From an uncultured Clostridia bacterium (lineage in GTDB: Bacteria > Bacillota > Clostridia > Oscillospirales > Ruminococcaceae), in assembly GCA_947630555.1 (NCBI GenBank), contig CANRIA010000002.1, positions 112,482-176,481 on the forward strand: a DNA stretch of 64,000 nt, read 5' to 3'. The notes beneath the pieces were generated by a model that ran no database searches, was not told the DNA's origin, and worked only from the letters and a program-made list of their open reading frames with translations. The position numbers were made by a program, and so were the translations under genes. Within the stretch, counting starts at the first letter, position 1. Each line of letters opens with the position of its first letter. This document shows, piece after piece, positions 1 to 9,512 of this stretch.

Positions 1-449
1 TTCTTGAACAGCGTTTGCCGCTTGATTGCATAACAGTTATGGTGCAGAAAGAAGCAGGTGTGCGGTTGTGTGCACCGCTGCCCAGCAGAGAAGCAGGTGC
101 GGTAACGGTTGCGGTAAATTATTACGCAGAACCCGAAATGCTTTTTAATGTGTCTCGCGGAAGTTTTATGCCCTCGCCTAACGTTGACAGCTGCGTTATA
201 AGGCTGCGGCTCAATAACGATACACCCAAGGGCGTTGCAAACGAGGAGTTTTTCTTTAAAACGGTAAGGGGCGCGTTCTCTCAGCGGCGAAAAACTCTTG
301 CAAATTCGGTTTCTTCTGCTATGGGAATAGACAAGCAAATTGTAAACAGCGCTATTTACTCTATAGGTCTGCCGCAGACGATACGCCCCGAAAACCTGAC
401 AATGGGGCAGTTTATTGCTTTTTCAAACGCTCTTGAAAGTATATTATAG
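1..449 (+). CDS. rsmA: 16S rRNA dimethyladenosine transferase RsmA/KsgA, C-terminal part (5' end outside window)
   Basis: The reading frame is open to the window edge. The translation (..VRGAFSQRRKTLANS.., C-terminal helical domain) is typical of the KsgA family. Confidence 0.8.
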   Translation, partial: LEQRLPLDCITVMVQKEAGVRLCAPLPSREAGAVTVAVNYYAEPEMLFNVSRGSFMPSPNVDSCVIRLRLNNDTPKGVANEEFFFKTVRGAFSQRRKTLANSVSSAMGIDKQIVNSAIYSIGLPQTIRPENLTMGQFIAFSNALESIL

Positions 450-454
450 TACAA

Positions 455-490
455 AATATCTGCGCTTTTATAGGTGCGGATATTTATTTT
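455..490 (+). terminator. Rho-independent terminator after rsmA
   Basis: An 11-bp stem (aatatctgcgc / gtgcggatatt, two G-U pairs) with an 8-nt loop is followed by a T-rich tail. Confidence 0.6.
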
Positions 491-577
491 GTTCAATATT
501 TCGCACATAGCACAAAATGACAATATTTGCCAATTCCTTTTGTTATAATGTTTTCATATAGAAAAACAACAAAAGGG

Positions 578-2866
578 ATGACAAAAATGAATAGTAGGAC
601 AAAAGGTAAATTTTCAAAAGAACATGCTGTATTTGCGGCGGTATCATCTGTATTTCAGATATTGCTCGCATTTATCAGCGCACGCGCACAGCTTGTGGGT
701 ATGCCGACGGTGCTAGGCATCGCGGTAATAGCTTCTTCGGGGCGGTGCGCGCTTTTATGCTATCTTGCGGCAATTGCAGGAATGGTAATGTTCGGCAGGC
801 TAGACGACATGGTGTTTCAAGCCGCCGCAATGACACTGATAATGGGCTTTCGCTCGCTGTATTCAATAAGCAGAAAGAAAACCGACCCGTCCGGCAGTGC
901 GGTATTTACGGTAGTGGGAATGACCGTAGCGCTTACTATAGTTTCAATATTCTTTGAGATTTCTGCGCGCGAGATGGTATATTTCGTAAGCGGCATAGTT
1001 ATTTGCGCGGTATTATCTTACTTTGCCGTTTCTGCAAAGAACAGAACAGATGCAAACGGTCTGCTTGACATAAACGGCAGACATGGCATTTCGCTTGCAG
1101 TGCTTTATGTGGCGGCTGTATCGCTGCTGACATCAGTAAGCGTTTTTGGCTTTAATGCAGGCAGGATATTCGGCTCGGTGGTGCTGCTTTGTGCGGCAAC
1201 GAAATACAAACACATAGGCGGCGCGGTAATGGGCGCGCTTACCACCTGCGGAGTGCTGCTTTGTTCTGTAGAGACGGCAGGCAACACTTTGCTTCTGGCA
1301 ACAGCAGGGCTTATATGCGGCGCTGTATCTGTTGCAGGAAGTTTTGCCATGGTGCTGACATTTTTGATAGCCTCAATAATGGGTCTTGTGGTAATAGGCA
1401 TAAATGCCGACACCTTTATGATGCTCAAAGATGTGGCAATCGCCGCAGTGCTGTTCAGCTGTCTGCCTGCTAATTTTGTAAGAAAGCTATTAAACCACAT
1501 CGGCGGCGATACCAACGCCATAAGCATTGTGGGACAAGCTGCTTCTTCACGGCTGAATTTTGCATCTAAAACTCTGGGCGGCATACGAAACCAGCTTAAC
1601 GAGATAGCCGAAGTTATCAGAAAAAAGTCGGTGCAGACGGATATACAAACTATCGCAGGAAATAGAGTATGTCTTGAATGTGCAGGCTGCAAAAGCTGCT
1701 GGAAAGAAAATTCGGGCGAAACGGTCAGCGCTTTTACAAGCCTTGAAGAAAAGGTTGAAAGATTCGGCAAAATACGAAACAGTGATGTTTCGGCGTGTAT
1801 GCCCGACTGCCGCAAAACTGGTGAGCTTACTAAGGCTTTCAACACAGGCTATCAGGAAAAGCTGTATGAATATACAAACGGCGTTAGGGCAGGGGAACTG
1901 CGCGAAGTGGTAACTCAGCAGCTTTCTGCTATGGAAGATATCCTGAGCGACCTTTCGCACAGGATATGTCAGATGTCAAGCGTTGACCCTTCGCTTTCGG
2001 AGCGGGTAAGGGCGGCGGCTGTGCGGCTTGGCTGCAAAAATGCCAAAGCCTGCGTTAGCTGCGATGAAAATAAAAACTACCGCGTCGAGCTGTTTATTCC
2101 AAATCTCAGCAAGATAGACACTGTGAAACTGACTGTGGAAGTCAGCGAGATACTTAACGTTGATATGGAACTGCCGACCGCGACTTCATCTGACGGCATA
2201 ACAAAGCTTATTTTTACGCCTATGCCCGAATACAAAATTGAAATAGGTATGTGGCAGTCATCAAGCAACAACGACATATACTGCGGCGACACCGTGGAAC
2301 TTGTAGAGCTTAATTCCTGCGAAGAATATGTAGTGCTTTCAGACGGCATGGGCACGGGCAAGCGTGCTAAGCTTGACTCTATGCTGGCTTCGGGTCTTGC
2401 AAGAAAACTTCTTAAAGCAGGTATAAGCTGTCAGACGGGCATACGCATGATAAACTCGGTTATGAGGGTAAAAGGCTGGGAAGAATCCTTCTCAACAATT
2501 GATGTTGCGCATTTTGACCTGCGGCGCGGCGTGTGCGAGTTTGTAAAGGCAGGCGCGGCTTCAAGCTATCTTGTAAGAGATGAAACAATTCGCTCTTTTA
2601 CACTTGATTCTCTGCCGCTGGGTATTCTTTCGGAAACTGATATTTCGTCGGAACGCGTAAAACTTTTTGACAAGGACATTATAATTCTTGCTTCAGACGG
2701 GATAGGCAGCAGCCCCGAGAACGCTATTCTTTCAGCCGCAGTGCAGGGTGATAAAAACTCTGATAAACTGGCGGCTGAGATAGGTAGTTTTTTCGTTCCC
2801 GAATGCGGTGAAGTGCGCCGCGACGACGTGACGGTTGCGGTAATAAAAGTTTGCGCACTGGTTTAA
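578..2866 (+). CDS. spoIIE: Stage II sporulation protein E (polytopic membrane domain plus C-terminal PP2C phosphatase)
   Basis: The ORF spans 527-2866. The N-terminal ~330 aa are multi-TM. The C-terminus carries PP2C motifs (CGDTVE.., LSDGMGTG, ILASDGI). The start was chosen at the ATG after AAAGGG, but 527 or 587 are also possible. Confidence 0.85.
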   Translation: MTKMNSRTKGKFSKEHAVFAAVSSVFQILLAFISARAQLVGMPTVLGIAVIASSGRCALLCYLAAIAGMVMFGRLDDMVFQAAAMTLIMGFRSLYSISRKKTDPSGSAVFTVVGMTVALTIVSIFFEISAREMVYFVSGIVICAVLSYFAVSAKNRTDANGLLDINGRHGISLAVLYVAAVSLLTSVSVFGFNAGRIFGSVVLLCAATKYKHIGGAVMGALTTCGVLLCSVETAGNTLLLATAGLICGAVSVAGSFAMVLTFLIASIMGLVVIGINADTFMMLKDVAIAAVLFSCLPANFVRKLLNHIGGDTNAISIVGQAASSRLNFASKTLGGIRNQLNEIAEVIRKKSVQTDIQTIAGNRVCLECAGCKSCWKENSGETVSAFTSLEEKVERFGKIRNSDVSACMPDCRKTGELTKAFNTGYQEKLYEYTNGVRAGELREVVTQQLSAMEDILSDLSHRICQMSSVDPSLSERVRAAAVRLGCKNAKACVSCDENKNYRVELFIPNLSKIDTVKLTVEVSEILNVDMELPTATSSDGITKLIFTPMPEYKIEIGMWQSSSNNDIYCGDTVELVELNSCEEYVVLSDGMGTGKRAKLDSMLASGLARKLLKAGISCQTGIRMINSVMRVKGWEESFSTIDVAHFDLRRGVCEFVKAGAASSYLVRDETIRSFTLDSLPLGILSETDISSERVKLFDKDIIILASDGIGSSPENAILSAAVQGDKNSDKLAAEIGSFFVPECGEVRRDDVTVAVIKVCALV

Positions 2867-2973
2867 CTGATTTTTGACCTGTTGTAGATGTTAAATTGTG
2901 GTAATATTTTTGTCATAATAACCAAAAACGCCTGTTCAAATATGTGTGATTATTAGAACATTCTATAAAACTC

Positions 2974-3002
2974 TTGAAAAAAATATTAAAATGGCGTACA
3001 AT
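2974..3002 (+). promoter_or_regulatory. Sigma-A-type promoter for the glg operon
   Basis: TTGAAA (2974-2979), a 17-nt spacer, then TACAAT (2997-3002), about 30 nt upstream of glgB. Confidence 0.5.
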
Positions 3003-3032
3003 TATATTATAAAAATATAGGAGGTAGACATT

Positions 3033-5009
3033 TTGACAGGTTCAAAACAGATACCAAAAGATTATCAGATACCATTATATTTGTTCCACGACGGCGCAAA
3101 TTTTAAAGCAGGGGAGTTTTTCGGTTCACATAAAGGCTTTAAAGACGGCGTTGAGGGCTATTATTTCCGCGTATGGGCGCCCCATGCTAAAAAAGTTTCG
3201 GTAGTTGGTGATTTCAACAACTGGGACGAGAACGCAAGCCCTATGGAGCTTATTGCCGATACCGAGGTGTGGGAAGCTTTTATAAGCGGTCTGAAGATCT
3301 ATGACACGTACAAATACAGTATTCTCGGCTGTGATGACAAGATACATCTGAAAGCCGACCCTTATGGCGTTCATATGGAAACTGTGCCAAATACCGCCAC
3401 AAAGATATTTGACCTTGACACCTACAAGTGGAAGGACAAGAAGTGGCAGGACGAAAAGGCAAAGTCGACCCCTTATGATTCAGCCATGAACATTTACGAG
3501 GTGCACCTTAATTCATGGAGGCAGTACCCCGACGGTATGTATTTCAGCTACACAAAGTTTGCCGAAAGCATAATACCGTATCTTAAAGAGATGAGCTATA
3601 CCCATATTGAGTTTATGCCGCTTGCGGAATACCCGTTTGACGGTTCTTGGGGCTATCAGGGCATAGGCTACTTTGCGCCGACCTCGCGTTTCGGCACGCC
3701 GTTTGACCTTATGGAAATGATCGATATGTTCCATGAGGCAGGCATAGGCGTTATACTTGACTGGGTGCCTGCGCACTTCCCGAAAGATGCCCCCGGTCTG
3801 TATGAGTTTGACGGCTCGTGTTGTTATGAGTATACCGACCCGAAGAAGAGAGATCATCTATCTTGGGGAACAAGAGTGTTCGACTACGGCAGGAATGAAG
3901 TCATTTCGTTTCTTATCTCAAACGCTATACACTGGCTCAGCAAGTTCCATATCGATGGTCTGAGAGTAGATGCGGTGGCTTCCATGCTGTATCTTGACTA
4001 TGACAGACGTGACGGTGAGTGGACACCCAACGTTTACGGCGGTCATGAAAATCTGGAAGCTATAGAGTTTCTTAAAAAACTCAATTCAGCAGTTTTCAAA
4101 GAATTTCCTAACGCGCTGATGATAGCGGAAGAATCTACTGCGTGGCCTTTGGTTACAAAGCCCACCGACATAGGCGGTCTTGGTTTCAATTTCAAGTGGA
4201 ACATGGGCTGGATGAACGATATGCTCAAATACATGGCGCTTGACCCGATACACAGGGCTTTCCACCACGATATGCTGACGTTCTCGTTCTTCTATGCATT
4301 CTCTGAAAACTTCATTCTGCCTATATCGCATGATGAGGTAGTTCACGGAAAAGGTTCGCTCATCAACAAGATGTACGGCGATATGGATGCAAAGTTTGCT
4401 CAGGACAGAGCGTTCATGGCATACATGATGGCTCACCCCGGCAAAAAGCTTACATTTATGGGCAGCGAATTTGCACAGGTAAGAGAATGGGATTATGAAA
4501 ACGGTCTTGAATGGTTCATGATAGATGAGTTTGAAAATCACAGGAACTTCCAGGCTTATATAAAAACGCTGAATAAGTTCTATAAAGATAATCCTCCGTT
4601 CTGGCAGGTGGATTACTCGTGGGAGGGCTTCAACTGGATCTCTAACGACGACTACAGACAGAGCATCATAATATTCAGACGTATCGACAGAAAAGGCAAC
4701 GAGGTCGTTGTAGTCTGCAACTTTGTACCTGTCGGCAGGTCGAATTATTGCTTCGGCGTACCTTATAAGGGAACATATACCGAAGTGCTCAATTCTTCAT
4801 CTCGTGACGGCTCGCCGTATCTTAACGGCACTGTAAAAACACAGGACGTTCCAATGCACGGTTATGAGCAGTCAATATCTATAGAGATACCGCCTTTCTC
4901 TGTAATGTACTTCAAACACAAGAAAGCTCCGACAAGAAAGAAAGCTGCTGCAAAAGCCACAGCCGACAAAACTGCCGAGGCTAAGAAAACAGAAAAGAAA
5001 ACAAAATAA
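3033..5009 (+). CDS. glgB: 1,4-alpha-glucan branching enzyme
   Basis: TTG start after AGGAGG. GH13 motifs are present (DWVPAHF, GLRVDAVASM, AEESTAWP, ISHDEVVHGK). The C-terminal tail is Lys/Ala-rich. Confidence 0.93.
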   Translation: MTGSKQIPKDYQIPLYLFHDGANFKAGEFFGSHKGFKDGVEGYYFRVWAPHAKKVSVVGDFNNWDENASPMELIADTEVWEAFISGLKIYDTYKYSILGCDDKIHLKADPYGVHMETVPNTATKIFDLDTYKWKDKKWQDEKAKSTPYDSAMNIYEVHLNSWRQYPDGMYFSYTKFAESIIPYLKEMSYTHIEFMPLAEYPFDGSWGYQGIGYFAPTSRFGTPFDLMEMIDMFHEAGIGVILDWVPAHFPKDAPGLYEFDGSCCYEYTDPKKRDHLSWGTRVFDYGRNEVISFLISNAIHWLSKFHIDGLRVDAVASMLYLDYDRRDGEWTPNVYGGHENLEAIEFLKKLNSAVFKEFPNALMIAEESTAWPLVTKPTDIGGLGFNFKWNMGWMNDMLKYMALDPIHRAFHHDMLTFSFFYAFSENFILPISHDEVVHGKGSLINKMYGDMDAKFAQDRAFMAYMMAHPGKKLTFMGSEFAQVREWDYENGLEWFMIDEFENHRNFQAYIKTLNKFYKDNPPFWQVDYSWEGFNWISNDDYRQSIIIFRRIDRKGNEVVVVCNFVPVGRSNYCFGVPYKGTYTEVLNSSSRDGSPYLNGTVKTQDVPMHGYEQSISIEIPPFSVMYFKHKKAPTRKKAAAKATADKTAEAKKTEKKTK

Positions 5010-5025
5010 TATAAATGGTTGGTGA

Positions 5026-6234
5026 ATGACAATGTTTAACAAAAAAGAATGTGTAGCAATGTTGCTTGCGGGCGGACAGGGAAGTCGTCTGTACGCGCTC
5101 ACGCAGTCGGTGGCAAAGCCTGCCGTGCCGTTTGGCGCAAAGTACAGGATAATTGATTTTCCTCTTTCCAACTGCATCAACTCGGGCATTGATACTGTAG
5201 GCGTTCTGACACAGTATCAGCCGCTCGTACTCAATGAGTACATCGGAAACGGTCAGCCGTGGGATCTTGACCGTATCCACGGTGGTGTTCATGTGCTTCC
5301 GCCTTATCAGAAAGCTTCGGGCTCTGACTGGTATTCAGGCACTGCTAACGCTATCTATCAGAACATATCGTTTATGGACAGATATGACCCTGAGTATGTA
5401 ATAATTCTTTCGGGCGACCATATCTATAAAATGGACTATGACAAGATGCTTACCTATCACAAGCAGAACAATGCAGCGTGCACAATAGCCGTTATAGACG
5501 TTCCGCTGGAAGAGGCTTCACGCTTTGGCATAATGTTTGCGCGTGATGACGGCGAGATATATGACTTTGTTGAAAAGCCTAAGGAACCCAAGTCCACGCT
5601 GGCTTCTATGGGTATATACATCTTTACTTACTCAAAGCTGAAAGAATACCTTATCGCCAACGAAAACGACAAGGATGCCACCAAGGACTTTGGCAACAAC
5701 ATAATTCCTGCACTGCTTGCAAATAAAGAGCGCGTTTGGGCATACCGCTTTGACGGCTACTGGAAGGACGTTGGAACGATAGATTCTTTGTGGGAAGCAA
5801 ATATGGATCTTATCAATCCTAAGATACCTATAGACCTTTACGACCCCGACTGGAAGATATATTCGCGCAACCCCGTTATGCCGCCGCAGAGTATAGGCAA
5901 AAATGCTGCTGTTCAGAACTCTGTTGTTACTGAGGGCTGCTACATAGACGGAAGCGTGGAGTTTTCTATGATTTCAAACGGCGTAACCATTGAAGAAGGC
6001 GCAATTGTGCTCGATTCTATACTTATGCCGGGCTGCGTTATAAAGAAGAACGCTAAGATAGAATATGCTATAGTCGGTGAAAATTCAGTTATTGAAGAAA
6101 ATGCTCAGGTAGGTTCACGCCCCGAAAACGTTGAAAACAGAGACGAATGGGGAATTGCCGTTGTAGGTCATAACCTTACTGTTTCTTCCGGCTCTTATGT
6201 AAAGCCGAAGCAGATCATTTCACAGAGCATATAA
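5026..6234 (+). CDS. glgC: Glucose-1-phosphate adenylyltransferase
   Basis: The N-terminus [28 protein letters not shown] is the ADP-glucose pyrophosphorylase signature, followed by a C-terminal left-handed beta-helix. Confidence 0.93.
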   Translation: MTMFNKKECVAMLLAGGQGSRLYALTQSVAKPAVPFGAKYRIIDFPLSNCINSGIDTVGVLTQYQPLVLNEYIGNGQPWDLDRIHGGVHVLPPYQKASGSDWYSGTANAIYQNISFMDRYDPEYVIILSGDHIYKMDYDKMLTYHKQNNAACTIAVIDVPLEEASRFGIMFARDDGEIYDFVEKPKEPKSTLASMGIYIFTYSKLKEYLIANENDKDATKDFGNNIIPALLANKERVWAYRFDGYWKDVGTIDSLWEANMDLINPKIPIDLYDPDWKIYSRNPVMPPQSIGKNAAVQNSVVTEGCYIDGSVEFSMISNGVTIEEGAIVLDSILMPGCVIKKNAKIEYAIVGENSVIEENAQVGSRPENVENRDEWGIAVVGHNLTVSSGSYVKPKQIISQSI

Positions 6235-6247
6235 GGGGGAGATAGAA

Positions 6248-7375
6248 ATGGCAGTTAATATGGGAAATGTAATGGGCATAATTTTTGCCAACATGAATGA
6301 AAGTGTTATCAATGAGATAACTAAAAACAGAACTATGGGTTCGGTGCTGTTCGGCGGAAGATACAGACTTATAGACTTTCCTCTTTCAAACATGGCTAAC
6401 AGCGGTGTTGACGAGGTTGCAGTTATAACAAAGGAAAATTATCAGTCGCTGCTTGACCACCTCGGTTCTGCAAGAGAGTGGGATTTGGCTCGTAAAAAGG
6501 GCGGTCTGCACATTCTGCCGCCGTTCGGTCACGTTGAAGCAGGTCTTTACAGAGGCAGACTGGAAGCTCTTTACGGCGGAATAAGCTTTTTGAAAGCTTC
6601 AAGAGCTGAGTATGTTATACTTGCTGACTGCGACGTAGTTGCAAACGTTGACTTCAAACCGATAGTAAATGCACACGTTGACAGCGGCGCTGACATAACT
6701 ATAGTTACTCACACAGGACTTTATACCAACGAAGAGGCTTCTTCGTCTACCATTATACAGACAGACGAAAGCGGCAGAGTTTGCGATGTTCTTCACAAAC
6801 CGAATATGGCAGGTGAATGCACCGCTTGCCTGAATATGTTTGTTATGAAAATGGAGTTTCTTATCCAGCTGCTTGAAGACGGCAACGCAAGAGGCTATTT
6901 CAGCTTTGAGAGAGACGTTCTTCAGCGCAAAGTAAACGAACTCAACATCAGAACATATGAGTATGACGGCTACTTCAGCAAGATACACGATATGAGAAGC
7001 TTTGTAAAGGCTAATACCGATCTTATAGATCCCGAAAACGCTAAGAAGCTTTATTTGCAGGACAGACCTATATACACAAAGATACGCGACAACGCGCCCT
7101 CTAAATACGACCTTAACTGCATAGTTAAAAGTTCGCTTATCGCAGACGGCTGCATAATTGAAGGCGAGGTTGAAAACTCTGTTATATTCAGAGGAGTTAA
7201 GATAGGCAAGGGCGCTAAAGTAAAGAACAGCATACTTATGCAGGATACCGTTATAGGCGATAATGCGGTGATAAACAACATTGTTGCCGACAAGGACGTT
7301 ACCGTTGCAGACAACAGAATGCTTTCCGGCTCGGAAGAATTTCCGCTCTACATAGGCAAGGGCGCATCGGTATAA
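6248..7375 (+). CDS. glgD: Glucose-1-phosphate adenylyltransferase regulatory subunit GlgD
   Basis: It is a GlgC paralogue (RYRLIDFPLSNMANSG) that lacks the GGxGxRL loop. Its position after glgC matches Firmicute glgBCDA operons. Confidence 0.88.
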   Translation: MAVNMGNVMGIIFANMNESVINEITKNRTMGSVLFGGRYRLIDFPLSNMANSGVDEVAVITKENYQSLLDHLGSAREWDLARKKGGLHILPPFGHVEAGLYRGRLEALYGGISFLKASRAEYVILADCDVVANVDFKPIVNAHVDSGADITIVTHTGLYTNEEASSSTIIQTDESGRVCDVLHKPNMAGECTACLNMFVMKMEFLIQLLEDGNARGYFSFERDVLQRKVNELNIRTYEYDGYFSKIHDMRSFVKANTDLIDPENAKKLYLQDRPIYTKIRDNAPSKYDLNCIVKSSLIADGCIIEGEVENSVIFRGVKIGKGAKVKNSILMQDTVIGDNAVINNIVADKDVTVADNRMLSGSEEFPLYIGKGASV

Positions 7376-7413
7376 TTTTGGACTAATATCAATTCAGAAA
7401 AGAGGTAAAATAA

Positions 7414-8826
7414 GTGAATATACTATACTGTTCTAGTGAGGCACTGCCGTATATCGCATCGGGAGGACTTGCTGACGTTGCGGGCTCTCTGCCTGCCGCG
7501 ATAAATGAACTCGGTCACGACTGCCGCGTTGTTATACCATATTACAGCAACATAAAGCCCGAATTAAAGGCTACGCTTACTTATCTTACGAATTTTACCG
7601 TGCCTGTAGCATGGCGAAATCAGTATTGCGGAGTGTTCACGGGCGTTGCAAACGGCGTTACCTACTACCTGCTGGATAATGAATATTATTTTGCAAGAAA
7701 CGGTCTGTATGGCTTTTATGATGATGCAGAAAGGTATATATTCTTCTCAAGAGCAATACTGGAGCTTCTGCATTATATCGACTTTAAGCCGAATGTTATA
7801 AACGCAAACGACTGGCAGACCGCGCTTGTTCCCGTGTATTATGATGTGTTCTACCGCTACCAGCAAGGTTATGAGGACATAAAGACTGTTTTCACTATAC
7901 ACAACATACAGTATCAGGGCAAATATGGTATGGAGCTTATAAACGACCTTATCGGCATACCTCTTTACCACAGCGACCTGCTTGCTTATGACGGCTGTGT
8001 AAACTTTATGAAAGCCGCTATTGAAACGGCTGACAAAATAACCACGGTATCGCCCAGTTATGCTTGGGAGATTCTTGACCCGTGGTATTCGCACGGTCTT
8101 GATAGGATACTTATACACAAGCAGTACAAGCTGTGCGGTTTCCTCAACGGCATAGATCAGAATATTTACAACCCTGCCACCGACCCGAAGATACCCAAAA
8201 ACTACAGTGTTGATGATAAATCGGGCAAGGCAGTCTGCAAAGAGGGCTTGCTGCGCGAGCTGGGTCTGGCAGAAGGCAAGGAGCCTGTTATCGGCATAGT
8301 TACAAGATTTGTTTCGCACAAGGGTCTTGACCTTATAAAATACGTTTTTGAAGATATTATTCACCTCGGCTACAAGTTTGCAATACTTGGTTCGGGCGAG
8401 AAAATGTATGAAGATTTCTTCAGAGAAATGGCGTATCGCTATCCCGACAGGGTAGGGGTAGTTATAGGCTTTGTGCCCGACCTTTCGCGGCGCATTTATG
8501 CCGGCGCTGATATGTTCCTGATGCCGTCGCAGAGTGAGCCTTGCGGTCTGGCACAGATGATCTCGCTGAGATACGGTACTATTCCTATAGTGCGTGAAAC
8601 AGGCGGTCTGCGCGACAGCATACACGATGCAGGCGGAGAAAACGGCAACGGCTTTACGTTCAAGACTTACAATGCGCACGATATGCTTGATGCCTGCACC
8701 AGGGCAAGAAGTTACTACGATCAGCGCATGAAGTGGGGCAAGCTGGTTTCTCACGCTATGCGTGAAGACTTCAGCTGGAAGAGATCCGCTCAGCTTTATA
8801 TCGGTCTTTATTCTGATATTCACTGA
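7414..8826 (+). CDS. glgA: Glycogen synthase (ADP-glucose type, GT5)
   Basis: GTG start after AAGAGG. Motifs SSEALPYIASGGLADV, HNIQYQG and MPSQSEPCGLAQM are typical of GlgA. Confidence 0.93.
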   Translation: MNILYCSSEALPYIASGGLADVAGSLPAAINELGHDCRVVIPYYSNIKPELKATLTYLTNFTVPVAWRNQYCGVFTGVANGVTYYLLDNEYYFARNGLYGFYDDAERYIFFSRAILELLHYIDFKPNVINANDWQTALVPVYYDVFYRYQQGYEDIKTVFTIHNIQYQGKYGMELINDLIGIPLYHSDLLAYDGCVNFMKAAIETADKITTVSPSYAWEILDPWYSHGLDRILIHKQYKLCGFLNGIDQNIYNPATDPKIPKNYSVDDKSGKAVCKEGLLRELGLAEGKEPVIGIVTRFVSHKGLDLIKYVFEDIIHLGYKFAILGSGEKMYEDFFREMAYRYPDRVGVVIGFVPDLSRRIYAGADMFLMPSQSEPCGLAQMISLRYGTIPIVRETGGLRDSIHDAGGENGNGFTFKTYNAHDMLDACTRARSYYDQRMKWGKLVSHAMREDFSWKRSAQLYIGLYSDIH

Positions 8827-8845
8827 CATTCACTGACCATTCAGT

Positions 8846-8886
8846 AAAATACCGTCGGCTCTTAATTTTAGTCGGCGGTATTTTTT
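8846..8886 (+). terminator. Rho-independent terminator after glgA
   Basis: The stem aaaataccgtcggc / gtcggcggtatttt (with wobble pairs) is followed by TTTTTT. Confidence 0.6.
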
Positions 8887-8888
8887 GC

Positions 8889-8917
8889 TTGACAAACAGA
8901 TTTGTTTGGGGTATAAT
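8889..8917 (+). promoter_or_regulatory. Consensus sigma-A promoter driving tRNA-Leu
   Basis: TTGACA (8889-8894), a 17-nt spacer, then TATAAT (8912-8917), 20 nt upstream of the tRNA 5' end. Confidence 0.7.
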
Positions 8918-8937
8918 AAATAATGTTGTTATAGTAT

Positions 8938-9024
8938 GCTGCTGTGGCGGAACAGGCAGACGCAAGGGACTTAAAATCCCTCGGTGGAAACATCGTGTGG
9001 GTTCGATTCCCATCAGCAGCACCA
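8938..9024 (+). tRNA. tRNA-Leu (anticodon UAA), type II with long variable arm, encoded CCA
   Basis: I folded it manually. The acceptor is GCTGCTG/CAGCAGC and the D arm is GCG..CGC. The anticodon stem AGGGA/TCCCT carries the loop CTTAAAA. The variable hairpin is CGGTGGAAACATCG. The T arm is GTGGG-TTCGATT-CCCAT, followed by ACCA. Confidence 0.9.
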
Positions 9025-9049
9025 GCAGCGTGACGCTGCACCCAATTTC

Positions 9050-9077
9050 GGGACACAGAGTGTTGTGTCCCGTTTTT
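9050..9077 (+). terminator. Rho-independent terminator after tRNA-Leu
   Basis: The 8-bp stem gggacaca/tgtgtccc has a 6-nt loop and is followed by GTTTTT. Confidence 0.7.
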
Positions 9078-9359
9078 GTTCCCGTGAATAAGCCTAGGCA
9101 TAACCCACACCATACTTTTTCGCGGACTACGTATCATTCGCGGCGACTTTTCTTTTATACTTGTGGAAAAGTCACCTCTCACTCACTCCTGTCGCTTACA
9201 CTTCGCAAGCGAAGTGCCGAAAAATCCTGTCGGACTTTTCCAGCTTTCCAAAACAAGTCACGCTTGCTTATCCTGTTCGCTTGTAAACGCGCTCACAACG
9301 GCTAAGCTGCGCTACCAACTCGTTTTGGCATAAATGTGATAGTCTAGGAAATTTTTGTT

Positions 9360-9394
9360 CTATTCACTATTCGTTATTCAATATTCACTATTCA
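9360..9394. repeat. Tandem heptad array, 5 x YTATTCR
   Basis: The units read ctattca|ctattcg|ttattca|atattca|ctattca. A 15-nt core (actattcgttattca) is identical to part of the array at 61665-61699. Confidence 0.8.
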
Positions 9395-9512
9395 CTAAGT
9401 ATTATCAGTCGCTTTTTATTTCAATGCTTAAAAGGTCTTTTACCACTCTGAAAACATAATCATAATTATTTCTATTCAACTGTTGATTTTGAAATGTAAA
9501 GTCTTATACACC

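Noticed and set aside
527-549. TTGCCA ... TATAAT upstream of or within the spoIIE 5' region, considered as a sigma-A promoter.
   Set aside because: The spacer is only 11 nt. spoIIE is expected to depend on Spo0A and a sporulation-phase promoter, so I made no confident call.
7747-8829. A 360-aa ORF on the minus strand, antisense to glgA.
   Set aside because: It lies entirely inside the well-supported glgA frame. It has no RBS, and its low-complexity composition is typical of an antisense shadow ORF. The same reasoning applies to the other long antisense ORFs: 1105-1845, 22576-23203, 29715-30410, 32551-33135, 37035-37631, 42414-42995, 59140-59766 and 60190-60849.
8889-8900. The shared 12-mer CTTGACAAACAG in the tRNA-Leu promoter (8888-8899) and the recombinase promoter (23585-23596).
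   Set aside because: The match is essentially the consensus -35 box plus 5 nt. It is too short to infer duplication or a common operator.
8771-9305. Three overlapping ORFs (8771-9022 minus, 8868-9182 minus, 8889-9305 plus) across the tRNA-Leu locus.
   Set aside because: They run through a canonical tRNA gene together with its promoter and terminator. They have no RBS and their composition is implausible for proteins.
9121-9345. Possible homology between the tRNA-Leu downstream spacer (minus strand) and the GC-rich segment after tRNA-Trp.
   Set aside because: Only short words match (TTTTTCGGCAC, TTGCGAAG, GAGTTGG.CGCAGC), with inconsistent spacing. I could not build a convincing alignment by eye, so it is left as a note inside a low-interest finding.
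9360-9394. The heptad arrays, or any other repeat, as a CRISPR array.
   Set aside because: The units are 7 bp with no spacers. I saw no 24-40-bp repeat-spacer periodicity and no cas genes anywhere in the window.
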